From NCBI GenBank assembly GCA_009914755.4, contig CP068257.2, positions 19,296,001-19,360,000 of the forward strand: a stretch of DNA of 64,000 nt, read 5' to 3'. Position 1 is the stretch's first letter. Each line of letters opens with the position of its first letter. The DNA is from the human T2T-CHM13v2.0 reference genome, Homo sapiens. This document shows, piece by piece, positions 45,596 through 60,847 of this stretch. Under the pieces are notes generated by a model. The model did not search any database, was not told the origin of the DNA, and was given only the letters and a program-made list of their open reading frames with translations. Position numbers and translations under genes: made by a program.

Positions 45596-47893
45596 TTGAT
45601 TTCTTTCCTGGCTAGCTTGTTATTAGTTTACAGAAAAGTATGTTAAATTTTATCAAATGCTTTTCTTCTGCAACTATGGAGATGATCATACAGTTTTTGT
45701 TCTCCATTCTATTGATGTGTTGTATACATTTATTGATTTGCATATGTTAAACCATGCATACATGCGTGTTACAAACCCCATTAGTCATGGTGTGTTCTCT
45801 TTTTGATGTTTTATTGGATTCTATTTGCCAGTAATTTTTTTTTTTTTGAAGATTTCTGCATCTGGCTCATCCCGGATGTTAGACTATAATTTTCTTTTCT
45901 ATGTGTATCCTTATCTGATTTTGGTATCAAGGTAATGCTGGATTTGCAGAAGAAATTAGAAATAAAAATTCCCTCTTCTTTAATTTTTTGGGGTAGTTTT
46001 AGAAGAAATCAAGTTCGTTCTGTAAATATTGATAGAATTCAGCAGGAAAGCCATGCCATGCTGCCAGGGTTTTCTTTGTTGAAAGAATTTTTATCACTGA
46101 GTCAGTCTCAGCACTCATATAATAACCTGTTCAAGTTTTCTATTCCTTTTTGGCTCAATCTTTATAAGTTATATGTGTCCAGGAAGTTTTCCATTTCCTC
46201 TAGGTTTTCCAATTGTTAGTGTATAGTTGTTCATAATAATCTCTAATAATTCTTTGTATTCCTGTGGTATCAGTTGTAATGTCTTCACTTTTTATTTTAT
46301 TTACTTGGGTCTTCTTTCTTTTACCCTTAGTCTATATAATTGTTTGCCAATTTTGTTTATCTTTCCAAAAAACTTATTATGTTATTAATCTTTTTGTTAT
46401 TTTTATATCTATTTCCTTTAATTCACCCTTAGCTTTATTCTTTCTTTCCTTCTGCTAACTTTGAGTTTGGTTTGTTCTTGCTTTTCTAGTTCATTGTGGT
46501 GCATCATTAGGTTGTTTATTTGAAATCTTTCTACTTTTTTGATATATTTATAATTATTAATTGCTTCTTCTGAATCCCATAGGCTTTTGTATGTCACCTT
46601 TCTATTTGCATTTGTTTTTAAGGCATTTTAAAATTTTATTCCTAAATTCCGTATAGACTCGTTGGTTGTTCAGAGCATGTTGTTTAATTGCCATGTATTT
46701 GTACCATTCACAAAGTTCTTCTGGTTATTGATTTCTAGTTTTATTTCATTGTGGTCAGAGAATATACTTATATTATTTCCATGATTTAAAATTTTTTGAG
46801 ACTTGTTTTGTAGCCTAACATATGGTCCATCCTAGAGAATATTCCATGTGATGAGAAATAAATGTATTCTATAGCTGTTGGATGAGGTGTTCTGTGAATG
46901 TCTGTTAGGTCCATTTGGTCTAGAGTATAGTTTAACTGATGTTTCTTTGTTGATTTTCTATCTAAATGATCTGTCCAATGCTGAAAGTGGAGCAGTGAAG
47001 TTCCCAACTGTTATTATATGGTTTTCTATCTTTCTCTGTAGCTCTAATAATATTTGCTTTATATAATCTGGGTGCTCCAGTATTGGATGCATATATATTT
47101 ACCATTGTTATATCCTCTAGCTGGATGGATTTCCTTATTATTACATAATAAACTTTACTGTGTCTATTTTTGTTTTCTGACTTCTACATATTTTTGGTTT
47201 ATGTTTGCATGGATTATCTTTTTCCATCCCTTTACTTTTAGTCTATGTGTGTCTTTACAGATTTTTCTTGTAGGCAGCATATAGTTGGGTCTTTTTAAAT
47301 TTATCTAGCAAATCCATGTGTTTTTATTGGAGAACTGATACTGTTTACATTCAAGATTGTTATCGATAGACAAGAACTTATTCCTATCATTTTGTTAATT
47401 GTTTTATATATCTTTTGTTCTATTATTCTTCTCTTATTGTTTACTTTTGTGGTTTGGTCGTTTTCTTTAGTGATAACATTTGATTCCTTTCTCTCTCATT
47501 TGTGCATCTGCTCTGCAAATGTATTTTATAATTTGTGTGTTTTCACCATGGCAGACATTGTTCTTTCACTTCAATATGAAGATTCCCTTAAGAATTTCTT
47601 ATAGAGCTGTTCTAGTGGTGATAAATTTCCCTAGTTTTTGCTCATCTGGGAAAGAGTTTTTCCTCTTTCATTTCTGAAGGATAGTTTTGTGAGATATAAT
47701 ATTCTTGACTGGCAATTTTTTTTGAACTTTGAATATATCATCCTATTCTCTCCTGGATGATGAGGTTTCTGCTGAAAAGTATGCTATTAGTCTGATAGGG
47801 ATTCCCTTATGTTTGACTTGATGCTTTTCTCTTGCTGTTTTTAGAATTCTCCCTTTCATTTTTACTTTTCAAAGCTTAAGTATGATGTGCCCC

Positions 47894-48244
<351 letters not shown>

Positions 48245-48442
48245 TGAATTTTTAAGCTTTCTGTATCTGAAAGTCTGCTTTTTTCTCCAATACTTGGGAA
48301 GATTTTTAGCTATTATTTCATTAAATAAGTTTGCTATGACTTTTTCAGTCCAATCTCTTGACTTTCTGAGACTCCCAAAATGTGCACTTAATGGTGTCTC
48401 ACATGTCATATAAGGTTTCTGCATTCTTTTTCTCTCTCTTTT

Positions 48443-48473
48443 TATTTTATTTTATTTTATTTTATTTTATTTT
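48443..48473. repeat. (TTTTA)n microsatellite, about 6 units
   Basis: tttattttattttattttattttattttattttg. Confidence 0.93.
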
Positions 48474-51401
48474 GCCTGACTGGATTATTTCAAAAGATGT
48501 TTCTTCAAGTTCCCCAAATCTTTTTTTTCTGCTTGTTCTACTCTATGGTTGAACCCCCAGTTGTATTTTTTAGTTTTATTCATTAAGTTATTTAGTTCCG
48601 ATATTTCAGTTGGTACTTTTATATGATTATATATATAGAAGTTCTAACTCATGTGATGATCATTTTCCTAATTTCTTTGTATTGTCTACGTGTGTTTTCT
48701 TGTATTGCACTGCATATCCTTAAGATCATCACTTTGAATTCCTTTTCAGGCATTTTATAGCTGTTCCCTTCTTTGGAGTCTCTTAAAGGACAGTTACTGT
48801 GTTCCATTGGAGAAGTCACGTTTCTTTGATTTTTCATGTTTATTGTGTCTCTGCATTGATATATGTGCATCTGGTGAAATTGCTGCTTACTTTAATGTTA
48901 CGGAGTCACCTTCATAGGAAAAGACGTTTTCTGTAGATATATCTATAACATTAGTTTGGTAAGGTGCCTAACTTTGTTTTGGGTGGGCACAGTACTGTAG
49001 TATCTATATTATTTCTTCAGTTGTAATCACCGTCAGCAGTGTCTTCAAGTTTTTTAGTGGCTTAGGTTGTAGTTGTTTATGGAGCTTTGGGGCAGTTTTG
49101 CTGGTGATGGAGATGCGGGGTGGGTGGATCCTTGAGCCCCTGGGAGGCATGTGACATTTCTGTTGCTTGAGAGGGTGGGGCTAATGTCAGTGGCAGTGGC
49201 TTCAGTCAGGTGGCTCTGATTCTTGGGAACATGTGCTTTGTCCTGGGGGCAGCCTCCCTAATGCACTGGACCACCTGTTCCCTGGTGTGTAGGGCCATGC
49301 ATCAACTCGGATGCCAGGGACTCAGCTGTATCAATAGGTCTAGCTGGTATACCAGTGCAGCAGAGGACCTCAGGAATATGGAGATGCAGGGGCTATTGGG
49401 CCAAGGCAGAGTGTAATCTCTGATGGCTCTGCTCTCAAAATGGTGCTATGCTGCAGCAGCCTGGGTCTTGGGGGTGGGGAAGACCTATATTGACTTTCCC
49501 CACAAATGATTGCAGGCATTGGTGGTAGAAATGTAGATGCTAGGGATCTCCAACTCACCTTTTCCTCTCAATGAGATGTTGCTCTTGGCTCCGAGCCTAT
49601 CTTAGCTGGCTGCTTCACTTTCCTCTTCCTGCTGCCATTGTGAGTTTCTGTATCCCACAGGGTCTGTGCCACTTCTTTGCTGAGTTTTGTTGTTCTCCTT
49701 TACATTCTCTATTTTACCTGTGGTTATTTGGGTCCTTCTTTGTGAAGGAGGCAAGAGCTGGGTGCCTCTAGTCACCCATCTTGATGGCACAGAGCTTTCT
49801 GTTTATACCTGTGGCAGAAAAATGTTTTATTATTTTTGATTTGGGACAAGGTAGCAAAGTGAAAAAGGTCACCTCTCAATCTATGCATGACTTTAAGCAT
49901 GTCACTTAATATCTCTGCGCTTCAGCTTGAAGCCTCTGTGCTTGGATGTGTTCTGCTGAAAATTCTTGCATCTGTGGAATTCTATGATCCTAGGGCATGC
50001 TCTTTAGGTACTTTCATTGGTTACATAGTTTAAAAGGCCAGTATATAACACACGGATTGCCTAGAGGGCTGCATCTGCTTTGTGAACATCCATGCCAACT
50101 TTTTCAGAGAACATTCCAAAACAGTATGGCATGTGGTCCATGTTCTCTGCTCTTTGATCTGCACTTCATTCATTTCAGAATTCACCATTTTATTCTTATA
50201 TGTTAGAAATAGAAAATGCACTCAGGGGATATATGGAATTTTCCTGCAGGACAGAATCACTCAAGTACAGCACGTTTTTTGTTAAGCTAGTATATTTTCA
50301 ATAATTCCTAGAAATAATAAATGATTTCACTGCAGAACTGCATATTTTTCTATTACTAAACTGATTTCTGCAGATTGTTATTCAACCCTTAGTGAAATTC
50401 CAACTGTGTACTAGGTGCTGTCAGAACACAAAGTTAGTCACATATCCTACACAGTGAGCATAATATTCATCCAAATTTCACAGGTACATTCAACCGACAC
50501 AACACTGACAGCCTTTACAAACACAGTGATCATTTCTCATCACAAATGAAGCCTGTAAGGTGATGGTATGTAGCAACATAGCTTATTATCAGTTTATTCT
50601 CTGTTTATTATCACACCAAATTTATTTATAACTGCTTTTAAAGAATATTATAACAAAGTACCAATAATATATTTGGGGATATTTTCAAAATTTTTTTAGA
50701 ATTTGAATACAATACATAATATAGTTGGACACTGTAACGTAATTTCTGTTAGTGTCTCTTTAATTGCATTTGCAGTATTCACAGGGAAGTGTTCCGTTTG
50801 GATAATTACTCATTGGGTGAAGATCAGCAATTTGGCTCATGAGCACTTCAGAAAATGACTCAAAATTTTGTAAGAAGAGAATTTCCTACAAATACCCCAA
50901 TCAAAAAAAAAAATTCAGTTAAGTGCTTCTTTCATACGGTTTCCACCAGAATATGTTAAAGATTTCCTCCAACTATTTATTCTCCTTTAGGTTATTCATA
51001 AGAGTACCATTTTTAGTAAAGAGAGAGCCAACTTTTTTTTAATGTGCTCAATGTATTATGCCATACACTTTTAGAAATTATAAATGTTATGACTTAGGAG
51101 AAATTAAAAATATGTTAAATATATCCACAATGCATAATAAAGATACACTATCATTAATACTTATTTAACAGTATACCGGTTATTATTATTTATTTGTAAG
51201 TTGTTGACATTCTTCTTAATTGTTTATATCCAAAAATAATTTTTTCTAAAATTATTACTTATGCCAGTTAACCTAACATAATATGCACACATATTCCATT
51301 TTGTGCACAAAGCTATAAATGTTGCAATGAAAATATAACAAAATATGTAAGGGGGGTATTTACCTTTGCTCAGGGAACTTACAAGCATGCTTTCTCCCTT
51401 T

Positions 51402-51419
51402 GTGTGTGTGTGTGTGTGT
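51402..51419. repeat. (GT)n microsatellite, about 9 units
   Basis: tgtgtgtgtgtgtgtgtgta. Confidence 0.9.
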
Positions 51420-51555
51420 AAATCATAATCAATGTCTCTAAACTTTATGACTGTCAGAGATAAGCAAACTAATATTGTGAACTTTTTAAATTTTAAGCTA
51501 TCATCCTAGAATTTTTGTTGATGGTTTTTGTCATTTTGGCCTCTAAGTACATTGT

Positions 51556-51920
51556 AGTAGTCTGTTCTCATGCTGCTAACAAAGACATACCCGAGACTGG
51601 GGAATTTGTAAGGAAAAGAGGATTAATTGACTCAGTTTTGCATGGCTGGCGAGGTCTCAGGAAAATTACAATTATGGCGGAAGGGGAAGCAAACATGTCT
51701 TTCCTCATGTGGTGACAGGAGAGAGAATGAGAGCAGTGCGAGGGAGGAGCCCCTTATAAAACCATCAGATCTCGTGAGAACTCACTCACTATCTCTAGAA
51801 CAGTATATGGGAAACTGCCCCCATGATTCAAGTATGTCCACCTGGTCCCACCCTTGACATATATGGATTATTGCAATTCAAGATGAGATTTTTGATAGCG
51901 GCACAGCCAAACCATATCAT
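51556..51920 (-). mobile_element. ERVL-MaLR solo LTR, THE1/MST-like. Second copy, in the same orientation as the one at 5483-5875.
   Basis: tagtctgttctcatgctgctaacaaagacatacccgagactggggaatttgtaaggaaaagaggattaattgactcagttttgcatggctggcgaggtctcaggaaaattacaattatggcggaagg…catcagatctcgtgagaactcactcactatc…gatgagatttttgatagcggcacagccaaaccatatca. Confidence 0.7.
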
Positions 51921-52642
51921 ACATCAAAATTGTAATCTGTGGGAAAAATTTTAAATTTTTTCTACATTTTCCTTTTTAAAAACATCTTTGTTTTCCTAAG
52001 AACATTTAGGAAGTAGCTTATGTTTCCCTTATAGTTAAAAGAGATGTTTTAAACTGATTGAAAAAAAGGCCTTTGCACTCAGGGATGCCTGGGTCCGACT
52101 TACATCTCTCACACACAGTGGCTCTGTGATCTTATCAAATCTCCTCCACTAAATGGGAGTAACAATGTTACTCATAATATTGGGAGAAATACATTGGATG
52201 ATGTGTTTAAAAGGCTTCAATTAGTACCCAACACATGTAACCTATTCAAATTGACAAAATTACCGAATGTGGATGTCAGTAAGTTCTTTCGATTTAGATA
52301 TGACAAGTAGATTATGTTATACTATAAAACATTAATATATTTAATAGAGGCATTCCTTCTGTAATTATCTTTTACCTATGTCCTTTTTTCTCGTTTGTAT
52401 TACAGCCATCATAGTAAGAGTTTAGTCACTTTAATTACAGGCAATTCAAATTTAAATTTTACTTTCAGTAGGTATCTATTAAGCACCCACAATGAATAAA
52501 GTGATTTTATATGTTACAAACAAAACCAAAACTAGGGTCTATTTAATAGAACTGATAGTACATTGCTTTCTGAATTACCTAATAGCAGAAAACATATCTC
52601 TTCTCTTTTCCCTTTTTGCATTATGCTTAGAGTTGGTTACAG

Positions 52643-52966
<324 letters not shown>

Positions 52967-54627
52967 CTATTATTTATTGAGCATCTATTTGTTGACCAGG
53001 CGCCTTTAGAAAAAATTAAACTAGTTCTTAGGGATTTTTAGCCAATAAATTGTCAAAGCTTGTGATGATTTGGCTCAGTTCTACACTTTTAAATAAGATT
53101 TTGGCATTTGTAGCTATAGTCACTCTAGTAATTAGAGATGAAAGCTGAATTAAGAAGATAAGAATCTATTAATATATAATAATGGCATCAGGGTTACCAA
53201 TAAATAAAACTGTTCTTTTAAATTATTAGCATAGAATTTAACTTCTAAAAAATGTCTTAACAGGCAATATTCTCACACTTCATTTAGGACATAAATTATA
53301 GAATTATGTTATGCAGTGATTGGGAAATTAATCTAACATTTTTTCATTTTTAAGCATTCTGTAGCAGAAAAATCATTACCCTGAATACAAGTTATAGTTT
53401 TTCTATTGAAGCTCTATGAAATTGAGCAGGTCATTTAATCTTTCTCTGTGTTAATTTTTTTCCTTTGTAAATTTAGAGTCAAACTTATATGTTATATCTA
53501 AAATCTCTCATACTGTACCTATGACTAATTGACAATAGGGTACTAATGATGATGATACAGAAAACAAAATTTTAAGTACTACTTTTATTTGATTCTTAGT
53601 GAAAGAAAACTTGTGCATAAGATAATTATAAAAATATTATGACTTTTAATTTTAAGGTAAAAAAATATTACCAATCTAAATAATGTATTCAAGTAAATGG
53701 GGTAAAGATGGAAACATTGGATTGGACAATATTTTGGCCTTTGTAATACTGGATAAACCTAATTTTACCATACTTAGGAGTTACTGTGATACTTTTTGTT
53801 AAAGACATCACCTGTAATTTGAAGAAGATGTACTTAAAGGTCAAATTTTCTGAGCATTGATTTTTCTTTCTTGTGTGAGCAATGAATTTTGAAGTTACAT
53901 TTTATGACCACTCTTTAATATTGCCATTTGCTAATTTTAAGGTGCGTTAGGTATAATTATTCTTTTAATAAGGGCAGCAGTAAAAAGTGTATTTGAGTAG
54001 CAGGCTTCACTGAAGTTGCCATATTCCTAGTTTATCCCTACAATATTTTCCATCTCTGCTCTGCAACCAGTATTAACACCATTTTCTCAGTACCATAAGA
54101 TTTTCAAATACAACTGCTCTATTTCAAGGTAAGTTAAAAAACAGACCCTCAAGTGTTTTAAAATAATGTTGCTTTAGCTCTGATAAATCAAATAACTATA
54201 TGATAAATTGAATAACACAAATAACTCTGTGATAAATCATATAACTCTGATTAATTTCAGAATGACCCTAGCCCTTCATTACAAGTTCTCTAACATAAAG
54301 TTAGGAGCACTGCTATGTTCACACTTCTAGGGTGCTGGTTGAAGGCAATTCATTAGTGGTACAATAGAAATAGCTATGAGAACAATGAAGGGAATCAGCC
54401 CTAAACTAGCATGAGGTCTAGAGAGGGGTAAGTTAGCATGGTGGCAGGTGTGAGTCCTTGTCAAATATAAGAATACATGACTTGAAGTGGTAAGAAAGGG
54501 ATAAGGCCAAAATCAAAGATGGGAAAGAGAGTATAAAACTTGACCTGTAAACATGACATCCTGCAAGGAGGTGAGTAACCAAGACACAAAGCCATTAATG
54601 GAGTAGAGAAACCAAGAAAGACAATGA

Positions 54628-54916
<289 letters not shown>

Positions 54917-54917
<1 letters not shown>

Positions 54918-54997
54918 GAGAGAAGAAAGAAAGAAAGAGAAAGAGAGAGAGGGAAGGAGGGAGGGAGGGAAGAAGGAAGGAAGGAAGGAAGGAAGGA

Positions 54998-55061
<64 letters not shown>

Positions 55062-55090
55062 AACAGGGAAAGAAAGAAAGAAAGAAATGA
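54917..55090. repeat. Long compound (GAAA)n/(GGAA)n/(GGGA)n microsatellite, about 175 bp, derived from the Alu tail
   Basis: aaaaaaagagagaagaaagaaagaaagagaaagagagagagggaaggagggagggagggaagaaggaaggaaggaaggaaggaaggaaagaaagaaag... with about 22 GAAA units. It generates the KERKKERKK and FLSFFLSFF ORFs in the track. Confidence 0.97.
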
Positions 55091-55159
55091 GGTTTTAGGT
55101 GAGTCTGGAGAAATTCCACAGAGAGAGCGTAGGTTCCCATGGATGCTTTCTTTCTGGTT

Positions 55160-55400
55160 TCCCAGTGCTATGGTTTGAATATTTGTGTCCCACCAAAAGT
55201 TGTATGTTAAAACTGTATGACCAAAGTGATAATATTCGGAGGTGGGGCCTTTAGGACACAATGATGTTATGAGAGCAGATCCCTAATGAATGGGATATTG
55301 CTCTTATAAAGAAGCCCCAGACAGTAGTCCTGTCCCTTCCACCGAGTGAGGACACACCGAGTGAGTGTACAATTACCAAGATAAGCCTTTCTGGAAAATA
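55160..55400 (+). mobile_element. 5' portion of an ERVL-MaLR-type LTR (MST/MLT family)
   Basis: gctatggtttgaatatttgtgtcccaccaaaagttgtatgttaaaactgtatgaccaaagtgataatattcggaggtggggcctttaggacacaatgatgttatgagagcagatccctaatgaatgggatattgctcttataaagaagccccagacag… matches the consensus motif tgttatgg(g/a)ttgaatgtgtcccccc…ggaggtggggcctttgggagg…ctcatgaatgggattagtgcccttataaaaga. Confidence 0.6.
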
Positions 55401-55830
55401 TGTTTGTCTTTATTTTTAGAAATAAGGTAAGACTTTAGTAGTTTTAAATCTACAGTTCATTCTCAGGACTTTCCTATCACTGTTTCAAAACCATGCTATT
55501 GACAAGTATTTGTTTATAAGATTGAGAGGCACTATTAGGTAAGTAGAACTGAGCAGACTAGTCTTCTCATAAATTGTTTAGGTTTATAACTAACTCAGAC
55601 ATTTTATATGAATAATATAGGTATAGGCCCACAAACAGAGGTACTCTAACCCAGGCATTTTTCCCTTTGCGTGCTCCCAGATGATGTAATTTGAGAAAAC
55701 AAACTATCAAAAATTAAATTTCCACATTATTATTGTCTTTCTTTAGGTCATGAGAGGTCACATCATAACCTGTATAGGATCAACTTTTGCTCTTAAAAGA
55801 GATTGTATTATTCAAAATGTTTCTGAGAAG

Positions 55831-56112
55831 GCTGGGCACAGTGTCTTATGCCTGTAATCTTAGCACTTTGGGAAGCCGAGGGAGGTGGATCACTTGAGGT
55901 CCAGAGTTGGAGACTCCAGCCTGTCCAGTATGGTGAAACCGGTCCCTACTAATTCAAAAATTAGCTGGGTGTGGTGGCACGCACCTGTAGTCCCAAATAC
56001 TTGGAAGGCTGAGGAGGAGAATTGCTTGAAGCCGGGAGGCGGAGGTTGCAGTGAGCCAAAATCATGCCACTGCACTCTGGACTGGATTACAGAGCAAGAC
56101 TCTGTCAGAAAT
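55831..56112 (+). mobile_element. Alu SINE, diverged (older)
   Basis: ggctgggcacagtgtcttatgcctgtaatcttagcactttgggaagccgagggaggtggatcacttgaggtccagagttggagactccagcctgtccagtatggtgaaaccggtccctactaattcaaaaattagctgggtgtggtggcacgcacctgtagtcccaaatacttggaaggctgaggaggagaattgcttgaagccgggaggcggaggttgcagtgagccaaaatcatgccactgcactctggactggattacagagcaagactctgtcagaaa. Confidence 0.9.
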
Positions 56113-56205
56113 ATATATATATATTCATAATATATATAGATATATTATGAATATATATATTTCTTATATATAAGAAATATATATTTTAATCTATATATAT
56201 TTCTG
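56113..56205. repeat. AT-rich (TA)n-containing region with two palindromes. One is a perfect palindrome of about 30 bp.
   Basis: attcataatatatatagatatattatgaat is a near-palindrome at 56123-56152. tatatatttcttatatataagaaatatata is self-complementary at about 56153-56184. Confidence 0.85.
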
Positions 56206-56745
56206 GGAAGAATATGGGGTGAGACAGGTTTTGGTTTTGGAGAAACAAACAAATTGTTCATTTTCTAGAGATTCAGGGAGTTGTTCTTATACTCAGCCTA
56301 AGAAAAGACAGTTTAGAGTAGAGTTCTTGAATCTGCCATTTTGGACTGGATAATTAACTGCTGTGGAGGTCGCCTGTGTGCATGAGATGTTTAGCCACAT
56401 AGCAACATCCCTGGCCTCTTCCCGCTGGATGCGAGGAGCACCTTCCTCCCAGTCATGGCAATACAAAAAGTCTCTAAATATTGTCACATGTTCAAGGGGT
56501 GTGAAACCCAATCTTGAAGCTCTGAGTTAGAGAAACTCTTCTTTGGGAGGTAATTGGTGCCTAAAAAGTTCATGGGTCCAAGAAAGGAATCCATGAAGGG
56601 ACTCTGTACAGGGAATCAAAGAAGTAGCCAGTAGTCTCCAAGACAACTGGTAGGTATTCCTTACTCAATATTGGGTTTCCCTCTAATAAGTTATTGTGTC
56701 TCTATTACTCTCAATCTTTCCGTAAGCTGTAATAAATGTCTTTGC

Positions 56746-57114
<369 letters not shown>

Positions 57115-57964
57115 TCAAGTGAGGTGATACAGAAGGAAGGTACAGCCTGGGAAAGCCTATTATATAAGATGGCCAAAAATAACTGCCAGAGATTAGGGCA
57201 AAGATGGGGCTGGAATGAGAAACACCTTCCTGATCTTGTGTGTGAAACATGCCAACATTCTTCAGGCATCTTCAGAGATCCCTATTAGCAAATAGATGGG
57301 GATACTTAGACTTTATCTGTGTGATGTAGTACAGAAAGTTGATGCTGGTGAGCTAGAATAATTGAGAACTTTTGGTTACCCCAAATTATCGAGTTGTGCA
57401 GAATTTTCTCCTAAAAAGTACAGTGGGACTTCCTGGATCCTAGAGCAGAAGAATAAGATTCTTAAAATATAACATGTTAAGGTGGAGATGTCTTTCAGTG
57501 GACCTTAAATTTGATAAATATGAATATGAAAATTTATCTACAGCCAGGCAATTGAAGATGATTAAAGGTAGATATTACAGAATGGAAACTCTAGATTAAC
57601 CAACAAAATATAAAATAAAATATAGTAAGCTGTCAATGTTGATAGAAATGAAGTGCTTTCACATCTTCCAGATGACAGTGTAAATTATGTAGTTTGGAAA
57701 ACAATTTAGGCGATATGAGTTCAGTAGCTACATATGGTCATATGTTTTTGCAAAACTATTGATTTTCTAGTAGTCTAAGAATGTAATCTATAATAACCTC
57801 AAAGCTCTATGGATAGAGATATTCACACTGTGGTGTTATTTATCATAATAATTAAAATTACGGATAAAATCGTAACGTCTTAGTCTAAGAAAATTGTTAA
57901 GAATATTAGGTTCAGTCCATGTCAACAAATTAATTCATTAAATTTATGTTTGTGAAAATAAAGA

Positions 57965-58272
57965 GGCAAGGCGCGATGGTTCATGCCTGTAATCCCAGCA
58001 CTTTGGGAGGCCGAGGCGGGAGGATCACCTGAGGTCAGGAGTTAGAGACCAGCCTAACATGGAGAAACCCCATCTTTACTAAAAATTACAAAATTAGTTG
58101 GGCGTGGTGGCTCATGCCTGTAATCCTAGTTACTCGGGAAGCTAAGGCAGGAGAATCGCTTGAACTCAGGAGGCGGAAGTTGCAATGAGCTCAGATTGCG
58201 CACCGTTGCACTCCAGCCTGGACAACAAGAGCAAAACTCCGCCTCAAAAAAAATTAATAAAAATATAAAATT
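57965..58272 (+). mobile_element. Alu SINE, older and more diverged, with an A-rich tail
   Basis: ggcaaggcgcgatggttcatgcctgtaatcccagcactttgggaggccgaggcgggaggatcacctgaggtcaggagttagagaccagcctaacatggagaaaccccatctttactaaaaattacaaaattagttgggcgtggtggctcatgcctgtaatcctagttactcgggaagctaaggcaggagaatcgcttgaactcaggaggcggaagttgcaatgagctcagattgcgcaccgttgcactccagcctggacaacaagagcaaaactccgcctcaaaaaaaattaataaaaatataaaa. Confidence 0.92.
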
Positions 58273-60847
58273 TATTCCCTTTACAAAACAAAATACAAAG
58301 ATGCCAAATAGCATTTTCTCATTATGTTAAGAAAATGTACACTTATATGAAAGACTAGAAGAAAATATGCCAAAATGTTCAAGAGATAGCCTCTGGTTGA
58401 TAGGGCATGGGCATTCCTAATTTTTTTTTATAACTAGCATGCCAGAATTTGAGAAGATTAAACATTAATTTATAAATAAACAAGCACAGCTCTTTAGTTT
58501 TATTTTTCTATTTTTTTTTTTTTACATAGCTCAGCTATTTCTTTTAAAGTCAACTTCTTTCATAGGTGTTGAGTTTCTTAACTTTAGAAAGGTTGTGAAA
58601 CCCAGTAGCAGGTGTTGGGTACATAATTATTTAAATATGAGGACCAATCATTAAGAATGTTGGTGGGGAAATGTGTTGTTTTCTTAAAAACGAGTTAAGA
58701 TTATTTCACGTAGACATAAAGTATAAGAGTTTTTCCCATAACATTAAAATTTAAAAAGTGTATCCAAACAATGTGCCTTGGTGGATTATTAGGTAGAATA
58801 TTAACGGTTTGTGGTTATATAGGAAAGAATCTTATTGCTACTACTAGCTTGCCTATTACTAATAGAACTTCTTATCTAAGTTGAAAATTAATGCAAGCAC
58901 ATCTCCATTAAGGAAAGAACCAAATGATCCTGTGCAATAAGAGATTTTTGAATGAAATGCCTAATTTTATTGCCCTGCCAAAATGCAATGATTAATATTG
59001 TGTCCTATCAAATCTATACTTGTATTGGATCAGTTGCCAGGGATGAAGGATTTATTGTTACCTGGTATGTGATAACTCCCCTCCACATGGAAGGATTTGT
59101 GCAGACGCCACCTTGGTCAATGTTACCTATGGACAAAAATGTGATTCCTGAGTGCTGTGATCAATAATTGGGCAACCTAAATATCGCATCATGATCCTTG
59201 TCATATCACATAGGTTCATTGCTATCCATTGCTTGATTCCTTTTTCCTATCTTACTTTGTCCTGAATATATTCTTGAAATTGTATCAATCACTGTTTTGT
59301 CAACATGTTCTAGGCTTGTTAAGTTTTCTGCTCTGTCCATCATTGTGTTTCCCAGGGATGTCTTGGTGAAGAAAAATGTAATATCCCCTTAGAGTTAAGA
59401 AAATATTATTCTGGGAAGTGGCAAATTATAGGCAGTTATTGCATAATTTCTGAGCGAAGTGAGCAGTTATTTGCCCAGAGGGACCATGAAGTAGCCATGA
59501 AAGAAAATGACCCCATGTATCTTGGAAGAAATTAAAAAGTAAGAATCTGTGACAATGAGGGTGCCTCAGTACCATAAATCTGTCTCCTCCATTTCTTAAT
59601 TTCAAATAGAACAGCTAAGAAAGTAAAACATATTAAAAGCAAGGTGTTAAAATCTAAAAGCTATCGTTAAAGTAGCTGCAGTTACATGCCTGGTAAAGGG
59701 TCTAAAATGTTGTGTCAAGAAGTTTAAAATTATTTTCAAAGACACGATCATTAGAAAAAAGTGGCATTAATGGAGAGGGGAAGGCAGTAGCAGGATCATC
59801 TATTTATAGAAGTTTTAGGCTATCTGTCTATATAAGATAGCCTAAATAAGAAAAGTCAAAACAGGCAATTTTCTAGACAAGTAAATGAATAGTTATAATG
59901 GCTTGTGCTATCTTAAAAATATAAATGATCACACGGAATGTCCTATTTCTTAATAGTATGATATTAACACACATGAATTCCATCAACAGAGAGATTAAAC
60001 AAACATAACATCAGAAGTACACAAATAAAAATAATGTTTAATATCCACAGCTCATCATTCATGCCTAGGCTCTATGTGTACATGATATACCTGCATGATT
60101 TTTGCAGGAGCAGATTGCAAAAGTAAGAAACAGAATCTCTCTGAGAAGATAATTTCCACATACAATGCGCCTTACCATTTTCTGTCTCTCTGCTACTCCT
60201 TTATGTTCATTTTATTGATTCTTTTAAATCAAATTTATCTGCTTTCAGTTAACCATGCATCCAGTCCTGTTGGTATTTCCTACTACTCAGCTTTTCATAG
60301 ATTCCTGAGTTTTGTTCAACTGGCTCTTATTTTTATAAATGAAATAACTATCACCCCAACTATGCCTCTGACACATTTCCTCGGAGAGATGAAGAAGTGG
60401 ATAAATTGTCTTACTTGTAAATTATGAGCTACATAGAGGAGGGAGGATGCGTTTCTATACCTTTTATATCCTACACTGCACATGGCTTACTCATGTTCAT
60501 AGATTTGGTACATTCAATAAAAGTATTCAATGTCTACATAATAGAAAGCACTCCTTTCCAACAGTGGAGGGGAATAGTGAGAAGAGGCAATTTTTCTACA
60601 TGGTGTCCTCATATGGTCAATCTATTAAGAAGAAGAACTGGCTAAGGCAAATGTCAGGCTGCATATTACTTTGTCACTGCAATGAGAAATAAATGTGCGT
60701 CTGATAGAGCCCTGGAGAGGCACTTCTACTTTTGGCTAAGAAGCAGTTGAGGCAAGTTTTTTTGAGTATATGACATTCTGCTATTGAGTCCTTATGGCAA
60801 TATAAATTTAGGCTAAAGATGGGGAGAACCCTTGAAAGCCTCAGAAT

